In this document: one piece after another, positions 24,259-34,404 of the stretch
Layout: each line of letters starts with the position of its first letter
How positions within the stretch are numbered: the first letter of the stretch is position 1
NCBI RefSeq assembly: GCF_044324875.1
Contig: NZ_CP172185.1
DNA length: 64,000 nt
Source: Escherichia coli
GTDB taxonomy: Bacteria; Pseudomonadota; Gammaproteobacteria; Enterobacterales; Enterobacteriaceae
Direction: 5' to 3' (one strand)
Position numbers and translations under genes: made by a program
Notes under the pieces: model-generated
What the model was told of the DNA's origin: nothing
What the model saw: only the letters and a program-made list of their open reading frames with translations
Databases searched by the model: none

Positions 24259-24544
24259 GGGGTTATGTCCGGTTCCCTGATATTAAATGGGGTGTGATGG
24301 TTTTTATTTTCGTTGTAATCACATAAGGCGCACATGATACCGGAGTTAATCATTTCAGGGGAAGAAGCGAACGGCGAGTTCTTGATGGTGATTCCGGGAA
24401 AGATGCTGTTTTGCAGCTTTTGCGTGATGCTTATGAAGCAAGTACGCAAAATTGTATCGGTTGGCTAACCCTTCTTCTTTAGAGTCATAGTGCCCTTTAA
24501 GATTAAGTTGTAATATAAATGCATCTTAATGAGATGGAGGCAGC

Positions 24545-24889
24545 ATGTCCGGCAAGCGTATCTCTCGTGAAAAACTGACGATTAAAAAAATGATCGATCT
24601 TTATCAAGCGAAATGCCCGCAGGCGTCAGCGGAGCCGGAGCATTATGAGGCGTTGTTTACTTACGCGCAAAAGCGGCTGGATAAATGTGTGTTCGGCGAA
24701 GAGAAACCAGCCTGTAAGCAGTGTCCGGTGCACTGTTACCAGCCTGCAAAGCGTGAAGAGATGAAACAGATTATGCGTTGGGCTGGGCCGCGAATGCTGT
24801 GGCGTCATCCGATCTTAACCGTGCGTCATCTCATCGATGACAAGCGTCCGGTGCCGGAGTTGCCAGAAAAATATCGTCCAAAGAAATAA
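24545..24889 (+). CDS. ygbA: Conserved Cys-rich protein YgbA
   Basis: 114 aa ORF next to mutS; size and position match ygbA as recalled. Confidence 0.7.
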   Translation: MSGKRISREKLTIKKMIDLYQAKCPQASAEPEHYEALFTYAQKRLDKCVFGEEKPACKQCPVHCYQPAKREEMKQIMRWAGPRMLWRHPILTVRHLIDDKRPVPELPEKYRPKK

Positions 24890-24927
24890 ATCTGCCGGAG
24901 AGCCATACTCTCCGGCAAATAAGGCGC

Positions 24928-25356
24928 TTACGCTTTGGTGGCAATCAGGATGGCTGATGCTTTGATCAATGCAATAACGCGCGAGCCAGTGGTGAGTTTC
25001 ATTTCATCCTGACTTTCATTTGTTACCACTGCCACAATTTCAAAACCCGCATCCGTTTTGATATGGACAGTGGCGTTCACTGCTCCTTCGGTGATTGTCG
25101 ACACGCTGCCAGCAAACTGGTTGCGAGCAGAGAATTTCAGTCCACAGTCTTCCGTTGCCAGCGTTACCCACGGGGCTTTAATCAGGGCAATCGCTTCTTT
25201 CCCTTTCGCCAGACCCAGCGCTTGCTGGCTGCTGTGAGTCACAATTGCCACCAGCTTTGCACCACCTGCCAGCGTCAGTTCTACTTCATCATTCACAGCG
25301 CCCATTGCTACTGCGCTAACTGTTCCGGTTAATTGATTTCTTGCTGAAACTGCCAT
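24928..25356 (-). CDS. Molybdate-binding di-TOBE molbindin (Mop/ModG-like)
   Basis: Two tandem ~70 aa TOBE-like halves (ARNQLTGTVS...; ARNQFAGSVS...); start set at ATG 25356 with AGGAGG RBS. Confidence 0.75.
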   Translation of the reverse strand: MAVSARNQLTGTVSAVAMGAVNDEVELTLAGGAKLVAIVTHSSQQALGLAKGKEAIALIKAPWVTLATEDCGLKFSARNQFAGSVSTITEGAVNATVHIKTDAGFEIVAVVTNESQDEMKLTTGSRVIALIKASAILIATKA

Positions 25357-25400
25357 ACTGCCTCCTTTCATTGAATGTTGATCGAGTATAACCACATCTG

Positions 25401-27479
25401 TTAAATCAATGCCGATTTATCAATTCCCAGTCGCTTCATCCGTGACAGCAGAGTCGTGCGTTTCAGCCCCAGACGTTGCGCAGCGCCTTTAGGCCCGGCA
25501 ACCACGCCGTTGGTTTCTTTCAGCACGCGAACAATCAACTGATATTCATCTTCGCCCTCCTGGGCGACAACCGTTGCGGCAGGCGGCGTTTCAGGCTCCG
25601 GTAAAGCAATATCAGGCAATGACAGCTGCAGCACGTTGCCGCGTGTTAGCAATACCGCGCGCTCAATGACGTTTTCCAGTTCGCGTACGTTACCCGGCCA
25701 CTCCATGTTGCTCAAGGTGCGCAGCGTCTCGGCAGGAATGCTGTCGATATTGCGCCCCAGACGACGGGCAATTTTGAAGGTAAAGGCTTTCGCCAGCAGC
25801 GGAATATCTTCCGGACGCTCGCGTAGTGGCGGCAGGTGAATCGGGAATACGTTCAGGCGGTAATAGAGATCGCTACGGAACTCACGGTCGGCGACCATTT
25901 TTTTCAGATCGCGGTTAGTTGCGGCGATTAGACGCACGTCCGTCTGAATGATTTTGTTGCTGCCGAGACGTTCAAACTCCTGTTCCTGTAATACACGCAG
26001 CAACTTCGGCTGTAACTCCAGTGGCATATCGCCCACTTCGTCGAGGAACAGGGAGCTTTTATCCGCCAGTTCAAAACGACCGATACGCTGGGCGCTGGCA
26101 CCGGTAAAAGCCCCACGCTCATGACCAAACAGATCGCTCTCCAGCAATCCGGCAGGCATCGCCGCGCAGTTCATTTTGACCATGCGGCGATTATTACGCC
26201 CACTGAGATTATGGATAGCACGGGCAATCAGCTCTTTACCCGTGCCAGTTTCACCGAGGATCAGCACGGTACTGTCACTTTGCGCCACCATTTCAACTTG
26301 TTTAAGCACGCTGTACATGGCTTCGCTGCGGCCAATAATCTCGCCAAATTCACTATCAACATTGTTGAGCTGCTCGGTCAGGGCGAGGTTTTCATCAACC
26401 AGCCGTTCTTTCAGACGATGGATTTCCTGATAGGCGAGGGCGTTATCGACAGCGATTGCCACACGTTCGGCAATCTGGCGCAGTAAATTCAGATTGGTAG
26501 TGGTAAACACTTTCTCTTCGCATTGCGCCAGTTTCAGCACGCCCAGCATGGTGTCGCCAGACATCAGCGGTAACAGGCACAAGGTTTGAATCTGGTTGCC
26601 CCAGGTGTCGAACAACATGCGTTCATAGGGGGCTAAATCGTCCCGCTCGTGGAGATTAATCAGCAGCATCTCTTTGCTTTTGAACACGCGTTCGGTGAGG
26701 GTTCCGGCTTCATCGACTTCGCTCTGTTCGTGGGCGGGATGCTGTTTATCAAGATAGTGAGTGGAGTAGATGTTGAGTTTGTTTTTACGGTGGCTGCGTA
26801 AGACGATGCTGATATCGTCAATGTCGAAGTAGTAATGGATTTCTTTGGCGACTTCGCTGACCAGTTCGTCCATATCCAGGCGGGAAAGCACCGCGTTGGT
26901 AATGGCAACCAGGATGCGGAAGTTATCGCGCTCCCGGCATAACAACTCATAGTCGACATTATTGACGACGCGGCTCTGGATTTGTTCGGTGACGACAGAA
27001 ACGATCTGCGTAAATGTTTGCAGACGATTGAACTCTTTTTCGCTCCAGGGGCGATCGTCATAACGAATAAATTCACAGCCACCAAAAATATGCCCTTCCG
27101 CCGCCAGTGGCATCAGGCAATAGTGACCAAATTTGGGGTATAGCCCACCTGCGGCCAGCTGCGGCCAGGTTTCACAAAATTCTTCGTAACTGCAATGCAG
27201 CGTATCAGGGCGCGACAAAATGCTGCGTACCGGACCGTGTGCCAGAACAGTTTCGTCTTCATATTTAATGGGGGTGTCTTTTTCACGCGATGCGTAATAA
27301 GACGCACGTTGAGTCTGCGCTTGCCACAACACAATAGCCGCGTTGTCGGCGAGCGCAGAACGCTTTACCAGTTGCGAAAGAGCCTCACACAGCGAGGCCA
27401 GATCGGGCTGCTGCAATAGTGTCCGAGTGATGTCGAACAACCCTTGTTGTCCGAGATCACTCATCGGTGTATATGACAT
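25401..27479 (-). CDS. fhlA: Formate hydrogenlyase transcriptional activator (sigma54 enhancer-binding protein)
   Basis: Start set at MSYTPMSDLGQQGLFDITR...; GAF domains, AAA+ motif [15 protein letters not shown]-terminal HTH. Confidence 0.95.
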   Translation of the reverse strand: MSYTPMSDLGQQGLFDITRTLLQQPDLASLCEALSQLVKRSALADNAAIVLWQAQTQRASYYASREKDTPIKYEDETVLAHGPVRSILSRPDTLHCSYEEFCETWPQLAAGGLYPKFGHYCLMPLAAEGHIFGGCEFIRYDDRPWSEKEFNRLQTFTQIVSVVTEQIQSRVVNNVDYELLCRERDNFRILVAITNAVLSRLDMDELVSEVAKEIHYYFDIDDISIVLRSHRKNKLNIYSTHYLDKQHPAHEQSEVDEAGTLTERVFKSKEMLLINLHERDDLAPYERMLFDTWGNQIQTLCLLPLMSGDTMLGVLKLAQCEEKVFTTTNLNLLRQIAERVAIAVDNALAYQEIHRLKERLVDENLALTEQLNNVDSEFGEIIGRSEAMYSVLKQVEMVAQSDSTVLILGETGTGKELIARAIHNLSGRNNRRMVKMNCAAMPAGLLESDLFGHERGAFTGASAQRIGRFELADKSSLFLDEVGDMPLELQPKLLRVLQEQEFERLGSNKIIQTDVRLIAATNRDLKKMVADREFRSDLYYRLNVFPIHLPPLRERPEDIPLLAKAFTFKIARRLGRNIDSIPAETLRTLSNMEWPGNVRELENVIERAVLLTRGNVLQLSLPDIALPEPETPPAATVVAQEGEDEYQLIVRVLKETNGVVAGPKGAAQRLGLKRTTLLSRMKRLGIDKSALI

Positions 27480-27552
27480 TTTGTTCTTCCAGGAAAGCAC
27501 CGCAAAGCGGTGCAAAAGGTCATTGACTAACTATAGGAGATTTAGAATTTTA

Positions 27553-28563
27553 TTAGCATATACGCGGAAGCGGTTCGGCGTGCGGTAGATCGAGGGTTCG
27601 TTTCACGCCATACAGACCGGCAAGACGAACACCTTTACGTTCCACCACTTCACCAATCAGCGCCGCGTCTTTTCCCAGTGGATGGGAATGTAACGCTGCC
27701 AGCACTTGCTCTGCCGCGTTGCGTTCAACGGCGATCACCAGTTTGCCTTCGTTGGCAAAGTTAAGGGCGTCCAGTCCCAGCAGTTCGCAAACGCCGCGCA
27801 CAGCAGGTTTAACCGGCAGTGCCGCTTCTGAAATTTCAATACCGCAACCGCAGGCTGCCGCGAACTCATGAACTACCGCGTTCACACCACCACGGGTGGC
27901 ATCACGCAGCGCTTTCACGCCGGGAATGTCACGCAGCGTCTGAATAAGCGGCGTTAGTACCGCACAGTCGCTGACCAGTTCGCCATCCAGCCCCAGCTGC
28001 TCACGCAGGTTAAGGATAGTCGCCCCGTGGTCGCCGAGTGTACCGCTAACCAGCAATACATCGCCTGCGGTTAGCGTCTGTGCGCCCCAGTGAATATTCG
28101 CCGGAATTGCGCCCATGCCAGCGGTGTTGATAAACAGTTTATCTGCCGCGCCGCGCTGCACCACTTTAGTATCGCCAGTGACGATGGCAATGCCTGCCGC
28201 GCGCGCGGTTTCTGCCATGCTGGTCACTACGGCTTTCAGTGTCTCCATCGGCAATCCTTCTTCGAGGATAAAGCCACAGGAGAGATAGCGCGGAATAGCG
28301 CCACTGACCGCAACGTCATTCGCGGTGCCGCAAATCGCCAGCTTGCCGATATTACCGCCAGGAAAGAACAGCGGGTCAATGACGTAACTGTCGGTGGAGA
28401 ACGCCAGACGGTCGCCTTCCGCTACCAGCTGCGCCAGATCAAGACGGGCCTGATCTTCCTGCTCTGCCAGCCACGGGTTGGCAAAGGCTTCCATAAACAG
28501 GCTGTTGATTAATTGCTGCATCGCCTGGCCGCCGCTGCCGTGGGCGAGTTGGATATTATTCAC
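27553..28563 (-). CDS. hypE: Hydrogenase maturation protein HypE
   Basis: 336 aa, MNNIQLAHGSGGQAMQQLINSLF... ending PRIC. Confidence 0.95.
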   Translation of the reverse strand: MNNIQLAHGSGGQAMQQLINSLFMEAFANPWLAEQEDQARLDLAQLVAEGDRLAFSTDSYVIDPLFFPGGNIGKLAICGTANDVAVSGAIPRYLSCGFILEEGLPMETLKAVVTSMAETARAAGIAIVTGDTKVVQRGAADKLFINTAGMGAIPANIHWGAQTLTAGDVLLVSGTLGDHGATILNLREQLGLDGELVSDCAVLTPLIQTLRDIPGVKALRDATRGGVNAVVHEFAAACGCGIEISEAALPVKPAVRGVCELLGLDALNFANEGKLVIAVERNAAEQVLAALHSHPLGKDAALIGEVVERKGVRLAGLYGVKRTLDLPHAEPLPRIC

Positions 28564-29681
28564 GCTTCACTCTCCTGCTGACGATACTGATACCACGCGG
28601 CGCACGCTCCTTCGGAGGAGACCATCAGTGCACCAAACGCGGTTTGAGGATTACAGGTGTTACCAAACAGCGGGCATTGATGCGGCTTACATTTGCCCGT
28701 TAATACTTCGCCACAACGCGCACGCGGGTCATCGCAGACCTGCTGCGGTGCCGGGCGGAAATGCGCTTCGGCATCGAATCGTTGATAATCCGGCGTCAGG
28801 TGTACACCAGAAGATTCAATCACGCCTAAGCCGCGCCATTCGCTGTCGCCGTTGACACAGAACACATCGGCAATCGCCTGTTGCGCCAGCAGGTTACCGG
28901 CATCCGGCACCACCCGACGATACTGATTCTCCACCTTGCTGTGGGCCGCTATTTTCTGCTCCACCAGCATGACCACGCCTTGCAGTAGATCAAGCGGTTC
29001 GAAACCAGCCACCACCAGCGGACGATGAAAATCGCTGGCGATAAAATTATAGGCATCAGTGCCGATCACCATACTGACGTGGCCGGGCGCGAGGAACGCG
29101 TCGATACCGTTATCCGGCTGTTCCAGCAAACTGCGCAGTGTTGGGATGAGCGTAATATGCTGGCAGAAGAAGTAAAAATTCTGCACATCGCGGGCTTTTG
29201 CCTGTTGCAGCGTGATGGCGGTGGTCGGCATGGTGGTTTCAAACCCTAAGCCGAAGAACACCACTTTGCGGGTTGGATTCTCCTGAGCCAGTTTTAACGC
29301 ATCCATTGGCGAGTAAACGATGCGCACATCGGCACCGCGTGCCTTTGCCTGTAACAGCGAACCCTGTTTCCCTGGTACGCGCATGGCGTCGCCAAAGGTA
29401 CAGAAGATGACTTCCGGATGGCTGGCAATCTCCACGCAGGTGTCGATTCTACCCATCGGCAGTACACACACCGGGCAACCGGGACCGTGGATAAACTCAA
29501 CGTTTTCCGGTAGCAACTGGTCGAGGCCGAATTTAAAAATGGCGTGGGTATGACCGCCACACACTTCCATAATCCGCAGAGGGCGTTCGGCGGTGTAAGA
29601 GAGATGTGAAGCACGTTCGCGCAGATGCTCAATTAACTGCATCACCTGTTCCAGCGCGCGATATTCATCAACAAAACGCAT
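28560..29681 (-). CDS. hypD: Hydrogenase maturation protein HypD
   Basis: 373 aa, MRFVDEYRA...; Cys motifs. Confidence 0.95.
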   Translation of the reverse strand: MRFVDEYRALEQVMQLIEHLRERASHLSYTAERPLRIMEVCGGHTHAIFKFGLDQLLPENVEFIHGPGCPVCVLPMGRIDTCVEIASHPEVIFCTFGDAMRVPGKQGSLLQAKARGADVRIVYSPMDALKLAQENPTRKVVFFGLGFETTMPTTAITLQQAKARDVQNFYFFCQHITLIPTLRSLLEQPDNGIDAFLAPGHVSMVIGTDAYNFIASDFHRPLVVAGFEPLDLLQGVVMLVEQKIAAHSKVENQYRRVVPDAGNLLAQQAIADVFCVNGDSEWRGLGVIESSGVHLTPDYQRFDAEAHFRPAPQQVCDDPRARCGEVLTGKCKPHQCPLFGNTCNPQTAFGALMVSSEGACAAWYQYRQQESEA

Positions 29682-29953
29682 TATTTTTCCTCGCCATACA
29701 ACAGCGCACCGACATCCGGCTCAACGTCAAACATATTTTGTAAGGCGTCGAGAGTGTCGCGCGCTTCGGCTTCATTAATTACGCTCATGGCAAAGCCAAC
29801 GTGAACCAGTACCCACTGGCCTACGCGTGGCTGACCGTTTTCATCGCAGCTGCCGACTAACGTTAAATCGACATCGCGCTGAATGCCGCAGACGTCGACT
29901 TTCGCCTGGTTGCCGTCAATGGTGCGGATTTGGCCGGGAACGCCTATGCACAT
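29681..29953 (-). CDS. hypC: Hydrogenase maturation chaperone HypC
   Basis: Start set at [19 protein letters not shown]... (90 aa) within the longer ORF. Confidence 0.93.
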   Translation of the reverse strand: MCIGVPGQIRTIDGNQAKVDVCGIQRDVDLTLVGSCDENGQPRVGQWVLVHVGFAMSVINEAEARDTLDALQNMFDVEPDVGALLYGEEK

Positions 29954-30816
29954 CGCTGTGTCTCCAGCCAGTTCAGCCACTGGTCCATCCCTTCGCCGCT
30001 GGTGGCGGAAATAAGGATGATTTCAATTTCTGGATTGACTTCGCGGGCGCAGGCGATGCACTTCTCAACGTCAAAGTTGAGATACGGCAGCAGGTCAACT
30101 TTGTTGAGCAGCATCAGCGAGGCGGCGGCAAACATATGGGGATATTTCAGCGGTTTGTCTTCACCTTCGGTAACGGAAAGCACCGCCACTTTGTGTTTTT
30201 CACCGAGATCGAAGCTCGCCGGGCAAACGAGATTGCCGACGTTTTCGATAAACAAAATACCGTTATCGTCCAGTGGCAGGCGCGGTGCGGCGTCGGCAAT
30301 CATCTGTGCGTCAAGATGGCAGCCTTTACCGGTGTTCACCTGAATCGCTGGTGTGCCGGTAGCGCGAATGCGTGCGGCATCGTTCACGGTTTGCTGGTCG
30401 CCTTCAATAACTGCGCACGGAACGCTGTCTTTCAGGCGCATTAAAGTTTCCGTCAGCAGGGTGGTTTTACCGGAACCAGGGCTGGAAACCAGGTTGAGCA
30501 CCAGTTGCTTGCGGGCAGCAAAGCGCGCGCGGTTGCGTTCAGCCAGACGGTTATTTTTGTCCAGCACGTCAATTTCGACTTCCAGCATCCGACGCTGGCT
30601 CATGCCCGGCGAGTGAGTGCCCGCTTCGCCATGACCGTAATGCAGGTCGCCTTCTTCAGTCTGGCTGGGGGTAAATTCAGGCGCTTTAATGCCGGTGATT
30701 TTCATCTTCGGGCGTGCCGCCGGGGCAAATGGCGCGCTACGAAACGCGGAATGAGGGTTATGTTCATCACCCTCGATATACAGGTTGCCTTCACCGCAAC
30801 CGCATGTTGTACACAT
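29944..30816 (-). CDS. hypB: Hydrogenase nickel incorporation GTPase HypB
   Basis: 290 aa; [11 protein letters not shown]-terminus, His-rich region, P-loop GSGKTT. Confidence 0.95.
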   Translation of the reverse strand: MCTTCGCGEGNLYIEGDEHNPHSAFRSAPFAPAARPKMKITGIKAPEFTPSQTEEGDLHYGHGEAGTHSPGMSQRRMLEVEIDVLDKNNRLAERNRARFAARKQLVLNLVSSPGSGKTTLLTETLMRLKDSVPCAVIEGDQQTVNDAARIRATGTPAIQVNTGKGCHLDAQMIADAAPRLPLDDNGILFIENVGNLVCPASFDLGEKHKVAVLSVTEGEDKPLKYPHMFAAASLMLLNKVDLLPYLNFDVEKCIACAREVNPEIEIILISATSGEGMDQWLNWLETQRCA

Positions 30817-30819
30817 CGC

Positions 30820-31170
30820 TCACTCCTGGTCTATTTCTATCCGCCGAATCTGTAAACCGTCGTCTGCCACAATCTGTAGCATGTCACCATGACACTGTGG
30901 ACAGCGGCGGACGCGTTGGGTCAGTAGCGTCACATACTGTTGGCATGTTTCACACCAGCATTCGGCCTCTTGTTCTTCGAGGTGCAGTTTACAACCTTCC
31001 GCCACGCTGCCGCGGCAAACCAGATCAAAACAAAAGGCAAGAGAGCTGGTTTCGACACAAGAAAATGCGCCAATTTTGAGCCAGACCCCAGTTACGCGTT
31101 TTGCGCCGTGTTTTGCGGCCTGCTGTTCGATCAATTCCAGTGCCCGTTGGCAGAGGGTTATTTCGTGCAT
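30820..31170 (-). CDS. hypA: Hydrogenase nickel insertion protein HypA
   Basis: Start set at MHEITLCQRALELIEQ... (116 aa); CxxC...CxxC zinc motif. Confidence 0.93.
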   Translation of the reverse strand: MHEITLCQRALELIEQQAAKHGAKRVTGVWLKIGAFSCVETSSLAFCFDLVCRGSVAEGCKLHLEEQEAECWCETCQQYVTLLTQRVRRCPQCHGDMLQIVADDGLQIRRIEIDQE

Positions 31171-31201
31171 ATCGCCTCCCATTAACTATTGCCAGCTACA
31201 A

Positions 31202-31217
31202 GCAATAATTGTGCCAG
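31202..31217 (-). promoter_or_regulatory. Candidate sigma54 (-24/-12) promoter for the hyp operon
   Basis: Reverse complement reads CTGGCACAATTATTGC (TGGCAC-N5-TTGC), a match to the sigma54 consensus, about 30 bp upstream of the hypA start. Confidence 0.6.
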
Positions 31218-31240
31218 TGTTGATTATCCCTGCGGTGAAT

Positions 31241-31290
31241 AATGTCGATGATGTCGAAATGACACGTCGACACGGCGACGAAATTCATCT
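31241..31290. promoter_or_regulatory. Candidate FhlA upstream activating sequences in the hyp-hyc divergent region
   Basis: Inverted and direct repeats of TGTCGA/TCGACA (atgtcgatgatgtcgaaatgacacgtcgacacggcgacgaaattcat) between two sigma54-type promoters. Confidence 0.35.
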
Positions 31291-31328
31291 TTAGCTTAAA
31301 AATCGCTTTAATAACAACAAATTAAAAG

Positions 31329-31346
31329 TTGGCACAGAAAATGCTT
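31329..31346 (+). promoter_or_regulatory. Candidate sigma54 (-24/-12) promoter for the hyc operon
   Basis: TTGGCACAGAAAATGCTT with GG and GC separated by 10 nt, about 38 bp upstream of the hycA ATG. Confidence 0.55.
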
Positions 31347-31381
31347 AAAGCTGGCATCTCTGTTAAACGGGTAACCTGACA

Positions 31382-31843
31382 ATGACTATTTGGGAAATAA
31401 GCGAGAAAGCCGATTACATCGCACAGCGGCATCGTCGCCTACAGGACCAGTGGCACATCTACTGCAATTCGCTGGTTCAGGGGATCACGTTATCGAAAGC
31501 GCGCCTGCATCACGCCATGAGCTGCGCGCCGGACAAAGAACTCTGTTTCGTCCTTTTTGAACATTTTCGTATTTACGTCACCCTGGCGGATGGCTTTAAC
31601 AGCCACACCATCGAGTATTACGTCGAAACAAAAGATGGTGAAGACAAACAGCGGATTGCGCAGGCGCAACTGAGCATTGACGGCATGATTGATGGCAAGG
31701 TCAACATCCGCGATCGCGAACAGGTTCTGGAACACTATCTCGAAAAAATCGCTGGCGTTTACGACAGCTTATACACCGCCATTGAAAACAATGTGCCGGT
31801 GAATTTAAGCCAACTGGTAAAGGGACAAAGCCCGGCAGCATGA
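31382..31843 (+). CDS. hycA: Formate hydrogenlyase regulatory protein HycA
   Basis: 153 aa, MTIWEISEKADYIAQRHRRLQDQWHIY... Confidence 0.95.
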   Translation: MTIWEISEKADYIAQRHRRLQDQWHIYCNSLVQGITLSKARLHHAMSCAPDKELCFVLFEHFRIYVTLADGFNSHTIEYYVETKDGEDKQRIAQAQLSIDGMIDGKVNIRDREQVLEHYLEKIAGVYDSLYTAIENNVPVNLSQLVKGQSPAA

Positions 31844-31967
31844 GCTGAGGCTTTGCCCGTTTTGCAGGCGTTACGCCTGTTTGGGGATGGGCGTGTCGAT
31901 GAGTGTCGAAAATGACATTTCATCGGCATGTTTTCGTCAAAAATGACAATCACCTGAGGAATGCCTG

Positions 31968-32579
31968 GTGAATCGTTTTGTAATTGCTGACTCCACGCTC
32001 TGTATCGGCTGCCACACCTGTGAGGCCGCCTGTTCAGAGACGCATCGCCAGCACGGCCTGCAATCAATGCCGCGCCTGCGAGTGATGCTCAATGAAAAAG
32101 AATCTGCGCCGCAGCTCTGTCACCACTGTGAAGATGCGCCCTGTGCGGTGGTTTGCCCGGTTAACGCCATCACCCGCATTGATGGGGCCGTGCAGTTGAA
32201 TGAAAGTCTGTGCGTAAGCTGCAAACTGTGCGGCATCGCCTGCCCGTTTGGCGCAATTGAATTTTCCGGCAGCCGTCCGCTGGATATTCCGGCAAACGCC
32301 AATACCCCGAAAGCGCCACCGGCACCGCCTGCTCCGGCGCGTGTCAGCACATTGCTTGACTGGGTGCCAGGTATTCGCGCGATTGCCGTCAAATGTGACC
32401 TTTGTAGTTTTGATGAACAAGGTCCGGCCTGCGTGCGGATGTGCCCGACTAAAGCTCTGCATCTGGTGGATAACACCGATATCGCCCGCGTCAGCAAACG
32501 TAAGCGTGAGCTGACTTTTAACACGGACTTTGGCGATCTCACCTTGTTTCAGCAGGCTCAAAGTGGAGAGGCTAAATGA
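31968..32579 (+). CDS. hycB: Formate hydrogenlyase Fe-S subunit HycB
   Basis: 203 aa with multiple CxxCxxCxxxCP ferredoxin motifs. Confidence 0.95.
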   Translation: MNRFVIADSTLCIGCHTCEAACSETHRQHGLQSMPRLRVMLNEKESAPQLCHHCEDAPCAVVCPVNAITRIDGAVQLNESLCVSCKLCGIACPFGAIEFSGSRPLDIPANANTPKAPPAPPAPARVSTLLDWVPGIRAIAVKCDLCSFDEQGPACVRMCPTKALHLVDNTDIARVSKRKRELTFNTDFGDLTLFQQAQSGEAK

Positions 32580-34402
32580 GCGCAATTTCCCTGATCAATA
32601 GCGGCGTAGCGTGGTTTGTCGCCGCCGCTGTTCTGGCATTTCTCTTTTCTTTTCAAAAGGCGCTAAGCGGCTGGATAGCCGGAATTGGCGGCGCGGTGGG
32701 TAGCCTGTATACGGCAGCCGCGGGCTTTACTGTGCTGACTGGCGCGGTTGGCGTGAGCGGTGCGCTGTCGCTGGTAAGCTATGATGTGCAAATCTCTCCG
32801 CTTAACGCGATTTGGCTGATTACGCTCGGCCTGTGCGGTCTGTTTGTCAGCCTCTACAACATTGACTGGCATCGCCACGCGCAGGTGAAGTGCAACGGCT
32901 TGCAGATCAATATGTTGATGGCTGCCGCCGTCTGCGCCGTCATCGCCAGCAATCTCGGCATGTTCGTGGTAATGGCCGAAATCATGGCCCTGTGTGCGGT
33001 GTTCCTCACCAGCAACAGCAAAGAGGGCAAACTGTGGTTTGCGCTGGGGCGTCTTGGCACTCTGCTGCTGGCGATTGCCTGCTGGCTGCTGTGGCAGCGT
33101 TACGGCACGCTGGATCTGCGCCTGCTGGATATGCGTATGCAACAGCTGCCGCTCGGTTCCGATATCTGGCTGCTCGGTGTGATTGGCTTTGGCCTGCTGG
33201 CCGGGATTATTCCGCTGCACGGCTGGGTGCCGCAGGCACATGCTAACGCCTCTGCGCCAGCTGCGGCGTTGTTTTCCACGGTAGTCATGAAAATTGGCCT
33301 GCTGGGCATTTTAACCCTGTCACTGCTGGGCGGTAATGCACCGCTGTGGTGGGGGATCGCGCTGCTGGTGCTCGGTATGATCACCGCGTTTGTCGGCGGT
33401 CTGTATGCGTTGATGGAACACAATATCCAACGTCTGCTGGCTTACCACACCCTGGAAAATATCGGCATCATCCTGCTGGGGCTGGGCGCTGGCGTAACGG
33501 GTATCGCGCTCGAACAACCGGCGCTGATTGCCCTTGGTCTGGTCGGTGGTCTGTACCATCTGCTTAACCATAGCCTGTTCAAAAGCGTACTGTTCCTCGG
33601 GGCGGGGAGCGTCTGGTTCCGTACCGGTCATCGCGATATCGAAAAACTCGGTGGTATTGGCAAGAAAATGCCGGTTATCTCCATCGCCATGTTAGTCGGG
33701 CTGATGGCAATGGCGGCGCTGCCGCCGCTGAACGGGTTTGCCGGGGAATGGGTTATCTATCAATCCTTCTTCAAACTGAGCAATAGCAGCGCGTTTGTTG
33801 CCCGTCTGCTGGGGCCGCTGCTCGCTGTGGGTCTGGCAATTACCGGTGCGCTGGCGGTGATGTGTATGGCGAAAGTCTATGGCGTCATGTTCCTCGGCGC
33901 GCCGCGTACCAAAGAAGCCGAAAACGCCACCTGTGCGCCGCTCCTGATGAGCGTAAGCGTGGTGGCACTGGCGATTTGCTGCGTCATTGGCGGTGTTGCT
34001 GCGCCGTGGCTGCTGCCGATGCTCTCTGCTGCTGTACCTCTGCCGCTGGAGCCTGCTAACACCACCGTTTCTCAACCCATGATCACGTTGCTGCTGATTG
34101 CCTGCCCGCTGCTGCCATTCATCATTATGGCGATTTGCAAAGGCGATCGTTTGCCGTCGCGTTCCCGCGGCGCGGCCTGGGTGTGCGGCTACGACCATGA
34201 AAAATCAATGGTGATTACTGCTCACGGTTTTGCCATGCCGGTGAAACAGGCGTTTGCGCCAGTGCTGAAACTGCGCAAATGGCTGAATCCGGTGTCGCTG
34301 GTGCCGGGCTGGCAGTGCGAGGGGAGTGCGTTGCTGTTCCGCCGGATGGCGCTGGTTGAACTGGCGGTACTGGTGGTGATTATTGTTTCACGAGGAGCCT
34401 GA
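32576..34402 (+). CDS. hycC: Formate hydrogenlyase membrane subunit HycC (NuoL-like)
   Basis: 608 aa polytopic membrane protein. Confidence 0.95.
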   Translation: MSAISLINSGVAWFVAAAVLAFLFSFQKALSGWIAGIGGAVGSLYTAAAGFTVLTGAVGVSGALSLVSYDVQISPLNAIWLITLGLCGLFVSLYNIDWHRHAQVKCNGLQINMLMAAAVCAVIASNLGMFVVMAEIMALCAVFLTSNSKEGKLWFALGRLGTLLLAIACWLLWQRYGTLDLRLLDMRMQQLPLGSDIWLLGVIGFGLLAGIIPLHGWVPQAHANASAPAAALFSTVVMKIGLLGILTLSLLGGNAPLWWGIALLVLGMITAFVGGLYALMEHNIQRLLAYHTLENIGIILLGLGAGVTGIALEQPALIALGLVGGLYHLLNHSLFKSVLFLGAGSVWFRTGHRDIEKLGGIGKKMPVISIAMLVGLMAMAALPPLNGFAGEWVIYQSFFKLSNSSAFVARLLGPLLAVGLAITGALAVMCMAKVYGVMFLGAPRTKEAENATCAPLLMSVSVVALAICCVIGGVAAPWLLPMLSAAVPLPLEPANTTVSQPMITLLLIACPLLPFIIMAICKGDRLPSRSRGAAWVCGYDHEKSMVITAHGFAMPVKQAFAPVLKLRKWLNPVSLVPGWQCEGSALLFRRMALVELAVLVVIIVSRGA

Positions 34403-34404
34403 GA

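Noticed and set aside
24255-24449. 64 aa ORF upstream of mutS on the minus strand
   Set aside because: It lies in the mutS/ygbA promoter region and reads into the mutS start; no RBS or recognisable domain.
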